This document shows, one piece after another, positions 38,700-53,703 of a stretch of 64,000 nt of DNA (the stretch's first letter is position 1; each line of letters opens with the position of its first letter). The notes under the pieces are model-generated. The model was not told the origin of the DNA, did no database searches, and saw only the letters and a list, made by a program, of their open reading frames with translations. Source of the stretch: the human T2T-CHM13v2.0 reference genome, Homo sapiens; the NCBI RefSeq assembly GCF_009914755.1, contig NC_060930.1; one strand, 5' to 3'. The position numbers were made by a program, and so were the translations under genes.

Positions 38700-40460
38700 A
38701 TAAAAAAGAGCGTCTATACAGGAGCTTAAATGGGCCGTACCCTGTAGCATTCCGAGAACAGGCCTGAATTCTGAGAAGGGAAAGTGGTAAAAGTATTGTC
38801 CAGTCCTTTTTCAGTTGGTGGCTGAGCTTGGTGAGGTGTGTTTTTAAAAGACCTTTAGTCTATTCTACTTTTCTTGAAGGCGGAGGACCATAAGGGATAT
38901 AAAGGTTTCACTGAATACTAAGAGTCTGAAAAACTGCTGGCTGATTTGACTAATAAAGGCTCGTCTGTTATCAGACTGTATTGAGGTGGGAAGGCTAAAC
39001 TGAGGAATTATGTCTGACAGAAGGGAAGAAATGACTGCGGTGGCCTTCTCAGACCCTGTAGGAAAGGCCTTTACTTATTCAGTGAAAGTGTCTATTTAGA
39101 CTAAGAGGTATTTTAGTTTCCTGACTCGGGCATGTTTTGTAAAGCTAATTTGCCAGTCCTGGGTGGGGCAAATCCTCGAGCTTGATGTGTAGGGAAGGGA
39201 GGGGGCCTGAATAATCCCTGGAGTAGTAGAATAGCAGATGGAACACTGAGAAGTTATTTCCTTGAGGATAGATTTCCATGATGGAAAGGAAATGAGAGGT
39301 TCTAAGAGGCAGGCTAGTGGCTTGTACTATAGCATAACCTGCCTTTGCCGGTGTGTGGCGATTAGGCCTGGTGGAACCGCCATCAATAAATCAAGCGTGA
39401 TCAGGGTGAGGAACAGGAAAGAAGGAAATTTGGGGAAATGGGGTGAATGTCAGGTGGATCCGAGAGATACAGTCATGAGGGTCAGGTGTGGTATCAGGTA
39501 TAATGTGGGAGGCCGGATTGAAGTCCGGGCCAGGAACAATGGTAATTGTGGGAGACTCAACAAAGAGTGAGTATAGCTGAAGGAGCGGGGAAGCAGAAAG
39601 TACATGCGTCAGGTATGAGGAAGAAAACAGATTTTGGAAGTTATGAGAACTGTAGAGAGTGAGTTGAGCATAGTTTGTGATTTTGAGGGCCTCTAAAAGT
39701 ATTAAAGCAGCGGCAGCCGCTGCACACAGACATGAGGGCTAGGCTAAAACAGTAAGGTCAAGTTGTTTGCAGAGAAAGGCTACAGGGTGCGGTCCTGGCT
39801 CTTGTGTAAGAATTCTGACCGCACTAACTATGCCTAGGAAGGAAAGCAGTTGTTGTTTTGTAAGGGATTGAGGTTTGGGAGATTAATTGGACACGATCAG
39901 CAGGGAAAGCACGTATGTTTTTATGAGAATTATGCCGAGATAGGTAACAGATGAGGATGAAATTTGGGCTTGACTGAAGTAATGGGGGCTGTCTATGAAG
40001 CCTTGCGGCAGTACAGCCTTGGTAATTTGCTGAGCCTAATGGGTGTCAGGGTCAGTCTAAGTGAAAGCAAGGAGAGGCTGGGATGAGGGATGCAGGGGAA
40101 TAGTGAAAAAAGCATCTTTAAGATCAAGCACGGAATAGTGAGTTGTGAAGGAAGGTATTGAGGACAAAAGAGTGTATGGGTTGGGCACCACAGGGTGGAT
40201 AGGCAAAACAATTTGGTTGATAAGGCGTAGACCCTGAACTAACTTGTAAGGCTTGTCTGGTTTTAGGACAGGTAAAATGGGGGAATTGTAAGGAGAGTTT
40301 ATAGGGTTTAAAAGGCCATGCTGTAGCAGGCGAGTGATAACAGGCTTTAATCTTTTTAAAGCGTGCTGCGGGATGGGATATTGGCGTTGAGTGGGGTAAG
40401 GGTGATTAGGTTTTAATGAGATCCAGGAATAGTCAGGGAAGCAGATTATTTAGTTAAAGT
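38700..40460 (-). pseudogene. pol: HERV-H pol remnant (deleted and frameshifted)
   Basis: Minus strand near 40130-40090 reads GTGCTTGATCTTAAAGATGCTTTTTTCACTATTCCCCTGCATCCC = VLDLKDAFFTIPLHP, a retroviral RT motif. No long ORF; boundaries are approximate. Confidence 0.8.
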
Positions 40461-40463
40461 GTC

Positions 40464-40688
40464 TCAGCCTAATAAGGGAACTGGGCAGGAGGGGATAACT
40501 AAAAAGGAGTGCTTAAAAGAGTATTGTCTAAGTTGGCACCAGAGTTGGGGAGTTTTAAGAGGTTTAGAAGCCTGGCCGTCAACACCCACAACAGTTATGG
40601 AGGCAAGGGAAACAGGCCCTTGAAAAGAAGGTAATGTGGAGTGGGTAGCCTCCGTATTGATTAAGAAGGGGACGGGCTCACCTTCCAC
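40464..40688 (-). pseudogene. pro: HERV-H protease remnant
   Basis: ORF contains FLINTEATHSTL (degenerate D-T-G-A active site) and PVPLLG. Confidence 0.8.
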
Positions 40689-40754
40689 TGTGAGAGTTAC
40701 CTGAAGCTCGGTGTCCGTGATGGTCTAGGGGGCTTCCGAGGCGATCGGGCAGTG

Positions 40755-41069
40755 TCAGTCTTCAGCCGCTAAGCCGAGAAGATCTGGGAAGGAGTCAGAG
40801 AGCGTTCCCGGGGCTCTGGGAGTGGCTGCCAGGTGAGTTGAACAGTCTGATTTTCCGTGGGGTCCCACACAGATGGGATGCAGCTTAGGAGGAATCCCAG
40901 GCTGCGGGCATTCCTTGGCCCAGTGGCCAGATTTCCGGCATGTGTAGCAAGCTCCTGGGGGAGGAGGTTCTGGAGGAACGCCTGGCCACTGCAGTTCAGG
41001 TGTTTGGAAGTTCTTGTGTGCTGGAGATGTGGCTGGGGTTTGTCTCACAGTGGAGGCAAGGAATTGCAA
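40755..41069 (-). pseudogene. gag: HERV-H gag C-terminal remnant with nucleocapsid zinc knuckle
   Basis: CYTCRKSGHWAKEC matches CX2CX4HX4C. A second degenerate knuckle is HPICVGPHGKSDC. Confidence 0.88.
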
Positions 41070-42058
41070 CTTTTTTTCTGTTATTGTACACCTTGTAGGT
41101 GAGGTTAATTAAGTCCTGTTGTGTGGTTTGAGGGCCAGATTCCAATTTTTGGAGTTTTATTTAATGTTGGGAGCAGATTGGGTAATATAATGTATATTGA
41201 GAATAAGACGGCCTTTTGACCTTTTAGGGTCTAGGGCTGTAAAGCGTTTCAGGGTTGCTGCCAAAAGAGCCATGAACTGGGCTGGGTTTTTATGTTTGAT
41301 GAGAAAGAGCCTAAATGCTTCTGATTTGGGATAAAGAAAAAGGAGCATTAACCTTGACTATGCCTTTGGCTCCAGCCACCTTTTTAAGAGTAAATTGCTG
41401 GGCAGGTGGGGGAGGGCTAGTCACGGAACGAAACTGTAAGCTAGACCAGGTGTGAGGAGGGGAGGCGATAAAAAGATTATAGGGTGGAGAAGCGGAGGCT
41501 GAGGAAGAATTGGGACCTAGCTCGGCCTGGCGAGGAGCAGCCTGGGGAGGAAGGGAGAGGTCAGATGGGTCTGCAGAAAAGGAAGATTAGAAAGACTCAG
41601 CGACACTTGGGGTTGGTACTGAGGGGACAGGCGGGAGGGAAAGAAGGAAGATTTGGGACGAGTTGCACTGGGCACAGAGACTAGGAAGGGACTGATGTGT
41701 AAAAGAATGCCTGGACGTCAGGCACCTCAGACCGTTTGCCTATTTTATGACAAGAATTATTTAGATTTCGCAGGATGGAAAAATTCAAAGTGCCATTTTC
41801 TGGCTATTTGGAACTACTGTCGAGTTTGTATTGGGGTCAAGCGGCATTGCAGAAGAAAATAAGGCATTTAGGTTTTAGGTCAGGTGTGAGTTGAAGAGGT
41901 TTTAAGTTTTTGAGAACACAGGCCAAGGGAGTAGAAGGAGGAATGGAGGGTGGAAGGTTGCCCATAGTGAAGGAAGCAAGCCTAGAGAAAAGAGAGAGTA
42001 GAGAAACGGAGGGAAGGCGTTCGGGGGTTCTTACCTTCCAGAAAAGTGGGAAAAGGGG

Positions 42059-42480
42059 TTGGGGCGCAGAGATAAGAGGTCAGGGCATGGAAATAAGGGA
42101 TTGGGGTGCAGAGATATAAGAGGTTGGGGCATGGAAATAAGGGATTGGGACACAGAGATATGAGGTAGGGGCACGGAAATAAGGGATTGGGGCACAGAGA
42201 TAAGAGGTAGGGGCACAGAAATAAGGGATTGGGGCACAGAGATAAGAGGTTGGGGTGCGGAAATAAGGGATGGGGGCACAGAGGTAAGAGGTCGAGGTGT
42301 GGAAATAGGGGATTGGGGTGCAGAGATAAGAGGTTGGGGCACAGAAATAAGGGATTGGGGCACAGAGATAAGAGGTTGGGGCACAGAAATAAGGGATTGG
42401 GGCACAGAGATAAGAGGTTGGGGCGTGGAAATAAGAGATTGGGGCACAGAGATAAGAGGTTGGGGCGTGAAAATAAGGGA
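42059..42480. repeat. Minisatellite in the HERV-H leader: 20 x 21-bp units arranged as 10 A/B dimers
   Basis: Alternating TTGGGGCACAGAGATAAGAGG / TTGGGGCAC(A/G)GAAATAAGGGA; 422 bp = 20x21+2. Confidence 0.95.
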
Positions 42481-42852
42481 TTGGGGGTTCTTGCCCCGTA
42501 GAAAAGCGGGACTTGCCGCTAAGGGTGAAGGAGAAGGGGTTGAGGGGTACTTGCCCCTCTCCCAGAAAAGCAGAGAAGGGGTAGAGACAAGGAGAGAAGG
42601 GGTTGAGGTACTTGCCCTTTTGGGTGTTTAATCAGAGAGGCGTCCCTGCAATGATTAAACACCAAGGGAAGGCTGCCTTCCCAGTCCGTGACTGGCGCCG
42701 GAGTTTTGGGTCCATGGATAAAACGTGTCTCCTTTGTCTCTCCCAGAAAATGAAAGGAATTGAAATTAAGAGAAGGGAGAGGTTGAAGAGTGGAAAGGAG
42801 AAAGTGGTTGAGGGACAGTGAGAGAGGTTGGAGAAGAGAGTAAGAAGAGGCC

Positions 42853-42861
42853 GCTTACCTG
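42853..42861 (-). promoter_or_regulatory. Splice donor in the HERV-H leader
   Basis: Minus strand TTTTAAATCAG|GTAAGC, about 125 nt downstream of the PBS, where HERV-H has its known donor cluster. Confidence 0.65.
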
Positions 42862-42984
42862 ATTTAAAATTGGTAAGATGTTCCTTGGGCTGGTCGGTCT
42901 GAGGACCTAAGGTCATAGGTGGATCTTTCTCACGGAGCAAAGAACAGGAGTACAGGGGATTGATCTCCCAAGGGAGGTCCCCCG

Positions 42985-43002
42985 ATCCGAGTCACAGCAC
43001 CA
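42985..43002 (-). other. Primer-binding site, tRNA-His
   Basis: TGGTGCTGTGACTCGGAT matches the complement of the tRNA-His 3' end (TGGTGCCGTGACTCGGAT) at 17/18. The mismatch is CpG->TpG. Confidence 0.93.
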
Positions 43003-43004
43003 AA

Positions 43005-43457
43005 TTTCATGCGCGTCCGTGTGAAGAGACCACCAAACAGGTTTTGTGTGAGCAACATGGCTGTTTATTTCACCTGGGTGCAGGCGGGCTGAGTCCAAAA
43101 AGAGAGTCAGCAAAGGGAGATAAGGGTGGGGACGTTTTATAGGATTTGGGTAGGTAAAGGAAAATTACAGTCAAAGGGGGTTTGTTCTCTGGCCGGCAGG
43201 AGTGGGGGTCGCAAGATGCTCAGTGGGGGTGCTTTTTGAGCCAGGATGAGCCAGGAAAAGGACTTTTACAAGGTAATGTCATCAGTTAAGGCAAGGACCG
43301 GCCATTTACACTTCTTTTGTGGTGGAATGTCATCAGTTAAGGTGGGGCAGGGCATATTCACTTCTTTTGTGTTTCTTCAGTTACTTCAGGCCATCTGGGC
43401 GTATACATGCAAGTCACAGGGGATGCGATGGCTTGACTTGGGCTCAAAGGCCTGACA
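43005..43457 (-). promoter_or_regulatory. HERV-H 5' LTR (LTR7), promoter/enhancer
   Basis: 453 bp, about 16 differences from the 3' LTR by eye. TATAAAA at 43141-43135; two ACAAAAGA motifs at 43370-43363 and 43320-43313. Confidence 0.95.
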
Positions 43458-45769
43458 TAATGTATATGAGTATATTAGGAAAAACTGAACACTATACAAA
43501 TATATACAAATTTATGCTTGATTAATTTTTTATTTTATGCATCCTATGCATACTATTATTTGTTGAAATTTTTACTTGTCTTTTTTTTTTTTTTTTTTGG
43601 TCGACTAACCTCTCATTTCCAATGATGTGATATTGGCACTGAAGTTAGTAATTAATTTTGTTTATATGGCACCCAACACCCAAGAGCCTCTAGGCACATG
43701 GCCAAGTCCTTTTTTTAAATATAGTCATTAAATATAGGAAAAGAGCCAAGCAAATTCCTAAACTGGCAAGTGAAAAAAAGCGCAACTAGAAAATGGGGAA
43801 ACAAAAGAATTAATAACAAGTATCAATTAAGAGAATTTCTTCCATTATCTAGGGACAAAAACTGCATCCCAAACCTAATAGAAAATAGGTTGTATAACAT
43901 TAGCCACCTAATCTCCCAACCTCTTGATAAAAGAGCTCCTGAAGTATGAATTTTTTTTAAATGAAAATTTCCGTTTTTTAAAAATTGAAAATATAATTAG
44001 GCTTTTCACTTAGCAAATTCTCATGTTAAAGTGGGAAGAGACCTTGGAGATCATCTCATTCTACCTTCTTATTTGATATGTGCTTTTTGTAGGAACAGCT
44101 CTGGGTAATGTTTTATTAACATACTTAGCTCCACAAAGTGAAGGGTAAACTCCCCTGTGAATGAAGGACTCTGCAGATTTCAGAGTGTAGACAAAGAATG
44201 GATCAGAGTTCTTAACTGGACTGTCTAAGTCCCTTCATCCATATCTAGCTCTCTCCTCCCGACTGGACAGGATCCCAGTCTCATGGTCCTAGAATATTTT
44301 GACTAAACTCTGAGGGCTGCACTGCAAAGACATTTGTTTTCTTTCCTGCTTTGTCTTCTTGCCTTTTCTCAGCTTCTGATGCTCCTTTTGCTTTTCTCTA
44401 TTAATAGCTGTACATATTTCTAGAAATGGTAGATGCAATATGACTCAGAGAAATATTATTCAAAGACTTCAACTTTTTTGCCCAAGAAATTCAGCAAACT
44501 TTAAACTTTTCTTTGATTACCCCACTCTCCTGTCTTTGAAGATTTCCTTTGGAGACACCCTATTTTGTGGTGTCTCTTTTATTTGAAGTTGATTTTACAG
44601 CAACGAAACAGTTTCAAAATTAGACCTTCTTCACAAATAAGTTATTAGATAATTTGCAGAGATTATTTATTTTACAATTCAAAATTCTCTGCCTAATACC
44701 ACTGTGCTATGCCAACTATATATATATATAGTCATTTGTGTATATATATATTTCATATATAGTCATTTGTACACTATATATACAAATTTGATCTGGATAG
44801 GCAAATTGTGAGATATTTATTCTACATGAACCCTGTTATATAATGTCTGATCTATTGTACTGATCAAATTATCACTCTCATATGTTCATATTTGATACTA
44901 TTAGCAAGGACATATTGTTTACTATAGTATTTATTTCATGCATGTATAACTTGTCATACAAGTAGATTGTGTCAAATTGTGACATAAATATACTTCTCAC
45001 TTTCCCTTTTAAACCCTTAATTCCTCAGTCTATACAGAGGGGTCTATTGTTGAGAAGAGCTAAAATGTTACTGCTTCTGGAGTACTTCCACGTTTAAGAT
45101 GGAAAATATTGAGGGCAACTGTATGGAATTGTATATCAGACCCTGAAAGTGGAAACCACTGTGTCTTAGGCTAAGAGGAATGGTGCTGGAATATAAGGAA
45201 CTCTGATATGATGTCATAAGACTATGTTCACTTCTGATTTCAACATTTATTAGCTATTTGACATTAGATAGGTGAACCCTGATAAGCCTTAATTTTCTTA
45301 TCTATAAAATAGGAACACATATTTTATAAATATAATACAAATAAATAAAAAAGTGATATACAAATGCCATGTATTATTATTATTTCTTTACTTCTTTTCC
45401 TATAATGCCTTTTTAGATGCACATTAAATACTTTTCAATAAATGGTGGCATAAACTTTCTAGAGCAGTTATAATATAGTTATTTGTAATAATTAGATATT
45501 TTGGGGGAGCTGCGTATCTTTAATTTTATTTTTTAGAAGAGTCCTGGAAATGCTATTATTTGGAAACTATTTTTCCCTTGATTATCTGGAATGAAACATT
45601 TCAAATAAGCCTCACAAGCCAGGCACAAGACTACCCTGTAATACTGGCTACAAATTTCTGAAACAGGATTGCATTTCATTCTCAAAACCAATTTTACAGT
45701 TTAATAACATGTTCTCTCTTTTTCTTTTATAAAGAAATCCAGCTTCTTTGTTCATATGGTACTTCCTAT

Positions 45770-46204
45770 GTGGGTATGGTTTAATTTGTCCTCACCAAAA
45801 CTCGTGTTGAAATTTGATCCCCAATGTGGTAGTGCTGGGAGGTGAGGCCTAGTGGGAAGTACTTGGGTCACGGGGGCAGAGCTCTCCTGAATGACTTGGT
45901 TCAGTTCTCATAGTAATGAGTGAGTTTCTGCTATGGGAATACTGGATTAGTTCCTCCCAGAGTGGGTTGTGATGAAGTCAGGATACCCCTCAGAATTTGT
46001 CTCTTCACACGTGTCTGCTTCCCCTTTGACCTTCTGCCATGTCTTGACACAGCACGAAATGCTGTCACCAAAAGCTGAGCAGATGCTAGTGTCATGGTCT
46101 TTGAACTTCCTAGCCTGCAGAACCATAAGCTAAACAAACCTCTTTTCTTTATAAACTGCCCAGCCTCAGTCAGGCATAGCAACAAAAAAAAACAGACTAA
46201 GATA
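45770..46204 (+). mobile_element. MaLR solo LTR (MSTB-like)
   Basis: CACCAAAACTCGTGTTGAAATTTGATCCCCAATGTGG...GCCTGCAGAACCATAAGCTAAACAAACCTCTTTTCTTTATAAA...CAGACTAAGATA. Confidence 0.85.
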
Positions 46205-49129
46205 GTATTCTCTTAGCCAAAATTTGGTCTGTAGGTTTTGAATCTTTTCCTTCTTCAAATAAACAAACCAAATAAACTAATAGTTACTTGTAAAATTTTT
46301 CCTATAAAATTTACATTTTGTTCTGCTCTCTTTTTCTTTTGGGACAAAGTAGTGATTGTAAGGGGCACTGTCTGGATGCATTTAAGAGAGATTTCTATTT
46401 TTAAGCTTCTTAGAAAAATTACCTCTGTTCTTTGGGAATCATCTGAAGGGATTTATCTCAGTGATTTTATTATGTAGAGTTAAAATACACACTTGGCTGA
46501 TTTAGCACTTGATAAAATATAGTACCTAAATAGATTTATACATTTCTTTGATATACATATATCCCCTCCAAAAGTCTCTGATATCTTGCCATTTTCTTCT
46601 TTCTCCAAAGTCCCATGAAGGTATTGAATTTTTACAAATAAATTAACTGTGCATAAGCAAGTTCTCCCTGTTTTAATCCCAGTCCTTGGGCCAAAACTCC
46701 TTTAAAATAAGCATTGCCCTAGGATCTTTGTTTTTTTTTACTTTCATATCAAAGACTTCTTTCTAAAGCTGTATCAATAATCATGCTGAGGGAACTACAC
46801 TGTACTCAGTTCATTACCCACAGAAAAAATGAGAATTTATTTGTTTCTGTCCAGCTTTGACTTCATGACTAGAGGTAATCTGAACTAGTACCCAGGCCCA
46901 GTCTTAGACCACACATGATGGGTAACATTCTCACATTTGATGACAATCTTCTACCATTCTTTTTAATTTTTTTGAATCATTTTTGAGTGTGGTGGCAGAT
47001 GGCACGTCTCTCAGTGAAATCAAAGGCATATGGCAAGCTGTTTTCAATAGTGCCATGCCACCTAAGTTGCAGTATTTATATTTCAAGGAAAAAATAATTT
47101 AGCTTCTGATACCAAGCTTTGGATGTAGTCATAATGAATATATATTTCCCAAACACCATACATTTTGAAATTTCTAAATGATTGTGTGGAAATCCTCTTT
47201 TAATCATAGTGAGCAGTCAAGTTCAGAAATGTAGAAACTGGCTTTTAGATGGATCAGACAAATCTAAGAAAGAGACCAAAAAGGATCATTTTTTTGTTTG
47301 TTAGAAAAAGAAAAGTCATCTTAATAGGTTCTATAGCCTGAGAGAGGATATTCAATTTTTAAAACAATATTGTCTATTTAGGTTAAGAAAATAATACATT
47401 CATTTTACCATTTTCCATTCTCTTTTCTGTTTGTTCATTAAATTATATACAGGTCAGAAGCCAGGGGTTGAAACTTCCTTAAGTTACTTGTACACTTCAT
47501 TAATTCTATTCAAATAATTCATTTCAGAGTATTAGTTGTTAATTAAAACCAGAATGACAATGGCAACAATTAAAAATCTTAAGAAAATAACTTATATTCA
47601 GTATTTTTTCTTATAACACAATGAACTCATGTCTTCCCAAACTAGATTCAGGCATATTGTTAACTCACATTGTCATAGCTCTCTAGAGTCCAAATTTTTT
47701 GCATGTAGAAAATCAGCACTATGCAACAGGGACAGCTGCCGTGATAGCAACCCTGTAATTGTTGGGGCTGGACTCCCAGGGGAGTAAGAAAGGAGGGGTG
47801 GAGGGAAGAAACACCACCAATACTGAGAGAGAGTCCATATTTTATGAGTATCTCAACACTTAAAATCCTGGCAGTTTATATGTCTGAGTTCAGTGGTGAT
47901 ATTTGCTATTTTATTAAGTGAAAAAAGATAGAGTTTTATTTTCTCTGCAGATACATGTTTTTTTTTTTTTTCTGTCTTTTAATGAAATTATTATTTGCTA
48001 ACAAGTCTTAGGGCTTTTGCAGAACAAATCTCTTAGCTCAAGCTGTTACATCATGGCCAGTTCCCATAAGACAAGTTGATAATCACCCTTTTTGCTTTCC
48101 TTCAAATTTGACAAACCCACTAAAAACTACTAGATATTATAAACACTATCCCTTCTCTTCCTTAGATTTCTAAGAGAATTTTACTATTCTCTTAGCGTTC
48201 TCCTATTTTTATGAAGTGCCATGCCACCTTATATGCATTTCTTTCCTATCAGATACACTATATTTATATTTATGCATCAAAATTGTGGTGCTATCATTCA
48301 GAAAAGGCAACTTTTTAAAAAATTTTATTATTATTATACTTTAAGTTTTAGGGTACATGTGCACAATGTGCAGGTTTGTTACATATGTATACATCTGCCA
48401 TGTTGGTGTGCTGCACCCATTAACTCGTCATTTAGCATTAGGTATATCTCCTAATGCTATCCCTCCCCACTCCACCCACCCCACAACAGTCCCCAGTGTG
48501 TGATGTTCCCCTTCCTGTGTCCATGTGTTCTCATTGTTCAATTCCCACCTATGAGTGAGAACATGCGGTGTTTGGTTTTTTGTCCTTGCGATAGTTTGCT
48601 GAGAATGATGGTTTCCAGTTTCATCCATGTCCCTACAAAGGACATGAACTCATCATTTTTTATGGCTGCCTAGTATTCCATGGTATATATGTGCCACATT
48701 TTCTTAATCCAGTCTATCGTTGTTGGACATTTGGGTTGGTTCCAAGTCTTTGCTATTGTGAATAGTGCCACTATAAACATATGTGTGCATGTGTCTTTAT
48801 AGCAGCATGATTTATAATCCTTTGGGTATATACCCAGTAATGGGATGGCTGGGTCAAATGGTATTTCTAGTTCTAGATCCCTGAGGAATCACCACACTGA
48901 CTTCCACAATGGTTGAACTAGTTTACAGTCCCACCAACAGTGTCAAAGTGTTCCTATTTCTCCACATCCTCTCCAGCACCTGTTGTTTCCTGACTTTAAT
49001 GATCGCCATTCTAACTGGTGTGAGATGGTATCTCATTATGGTTTTGATTTGCATTTCTCTGATGGCCAGTGATGATGAGCATTTTTTCATGTGTTTTTTT
49101 TGGCTGCATAAATGTCTTCTTTTGAGTCA

Positions 49130-50885
<1,756 letters not shown>

Positions 50886-51269
50886 TCAGGTGTCACCTCT
50901 CTCAGTACTGCAAGGCTATTTATCTACACCTCTTCCTATTTACTGTTTGTTGTACCCTTTAGATATGCTAAGGGGTTTGCAAAAAACACCTTCACTTAGG
51001 ATGATGTGACTATTACTCTGAAATTTCTTGACTGCTGGAAAAGACGCAGGATTTGTCCTATATAGCATGATTCCTCTGATGTCTGGTCGATCACCCCTGC
51101 CCATCTTTTGGAGGTAGAGGATTGAAGTAGTCCTTTTTATCAACTAGAATTACTCACATTGACATTCTGTCTTGTTATAGTAAATCCTGGTGTACAAGCA
51201 GCATGTAGTGGTACATTTTAATAACTAAGTGTAAAAAAAATGGCTATTGGAACCTACTTAGTATTTGTA

Positions 51270-51845
51270 TAGCATGGTCTGGAGTCAATGGCTGGGTTAA
51301 ATCATGGTTCCTTCATTTATCAGTTTTTTGACCACAAACAAGTTGCTTGAGCTCTTTGTGCCTCAGTTTTGTCACCTGTAGAATGGAAACAAAACACTTC
51401 TCTCAAAGAGTTATTCAAAATATTGAATGAATTAATACATATAAAGCACTCAGAACAATGCCCAGAATATAGTGAACACTTCTTAAAAGTTAGACATTTG
51501 TTTTTAAAATACAGTATAGACTAGAAAAATGTAAATCAATGCACATGAAACATTGTATTATAAGTGTTTTGCTGGCCCTGTAATTCTCTGCCATTGGGCA
51601 AATCACTTAGCCTCTCTGACCCTTAGATTTTTCATCTGTGTAATGGGGATAATGACAGTTATTTTAGAAGGATTTTTGTGAATATCAGAAACAAAATATA
51701 TATATATATATAAATATATATATAAATAAATATATATATTATATATATATTTTATATATTATGTATATATTTTATATATATATATATATATAACTCCTAG
51801 TCCAGTTCCTGGCACAAAGTAGGCACTCAATAAATGTGTTAGTAG
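51270..51845 (+). mobile_element. Two MIR copies, the second containing a (TA)n-rich tract at about 51696-51791
   Basis: CTTTGTGCCTCAGTTTTGTCACCTGTAGAATGG; TGGGCAAATCACTTAGCCTCTCTG...CATCTGTGTAATGGGGATAAT; CCTGGCACAAAGTAGGCACTCAATAAATG. Confidence 0.75.
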
Positions 51846-53159
51846 TATCGTAACTCATATTTGCTAAGCTTAATGCTCTAATGCACAGAGAACTGATTTC
51901 AGAAGAAAAAATGTGTGTGAAAGCATTCTCTATATTTCCATTGAAAGCAAACTAATGAGGAACATATTTAGAAAAATTCAGAAATATGGAGCAACTGATT
52001 AAGCTAATGTTGTACCTCTTTATCAATCTGTCCTGGCTGAGCATAGGGAAGATCAGGCCAAATTCCTTAGCTCAAAATTCAGACTGGTGCCAAGGGAGCT
52101 ATCATCCCTGATGTGGGCTAAGAGCGGTTAATGTTGATTCGCATATGGTTTTCTTTTTACTAAATGAGATTATTTCATTGAAACTGCTGTGTTCCCAAGG
52201 TCAATGAGAACTTTGCTCTTCTGCAGGTGCGCCTGTTCTCAGAAAGGTAGGATTTAGATGGTTTAAACTAGCTGAATTTCAAGCCTTAAATCAAGGAGAA
52301 AGAATGGATTTAACTACATGAGAGAAGGAGACAATAGAACTAACTAAGGAATAATATGCATGCTCTCAATTTTAATGTTAAATGAATTTAAAAGTACAAA
52401 TATAAAGTTTTATTAACATTGTTCTGGAAATTTTTGTCTAAAACACAAAACATAAATAAATAAAGCATATCAAGGTTTTTCTTATGTGTTACGTTCTGCA
52501 TTTACATTGACATTTAATTTCCAAGTACTTACTGGCAGAAAAAGTGCCTATTTTGTGCATTTTTCTGTTTCTGTCCTATTTTTGCTTATGTGACATTTTT
52601 TCGTTGGAGGAATAAACATGTTTTAAAAAATATTTTCAGTTTGTCATTTTAATAAACAACTTAATTACAATGAGCTAAAATAAGCAAGTCACATAATTTT
52701 CTTGGGTGTATATAACATTAGTTAAATCCTTTAATAATTTTAAAATAAGAACTTTAACTTTTGTCATCCCCTCTCCCTCTTAAAAAAAAACACACAGATA
52801 TAGAAACATGCATGTACAAACTAAAGAAAGCTCTTTTCCCTTTTTTTCTGTATTTTTTCATATTTCCTTTTTATTTTCTAAAATAGTGAATCTCAACTGT
52901 TTTAGTCTTCTAAATAAGTCCAAGGGTGGCAAGAGGAGGATAATTTTCAAATTTCTCTGAAAGTCTGTCTAGTGATGATAAAACAGCAATAATATGAATC
53001 AAATACTGTACACTAAAAGGATACGAAAATAAATTTATAAAATAATTCACTTACAAGATATTCATGTTGACGTGTTGATTCTGGGTTACTTTATTATGAT
53101 CTAAAATATCATCATCTCTTAAATATTAGTTCATGGGACTGGATAGTGATTGACTTTTG

Positions 53160-53703
<544 letters not shown>

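Larger units (their letters stand above)
37462..43457 (-). mobile_element. HERV-H provirus (two LTR7-type LTRs; common internally deleted type with no env ORF)
   Basis: Two 453-bp LTRs, tRNA-His PBS, PPT and gag/pro/pol remnants. 5-bp TSD TAATG at 37457-37461 and 43458-43462. Inserted into a MIR-like sequence. Confidence 0.97.

Noticed and set aside
42031-42631. Repetitive ORFs of 138, 90 and 110 aa
   Set aside because: By-products of the 21-bp minisatellite; no evidence of coding function.
52205-52252. Possible microexon (TCTTCTGCAG|GTGCGCCTGTTCTCAGAAAG|GTAGGA)
   Set aside because: 20 nt, frame-shifting and unsupported by any recognisable gene context.
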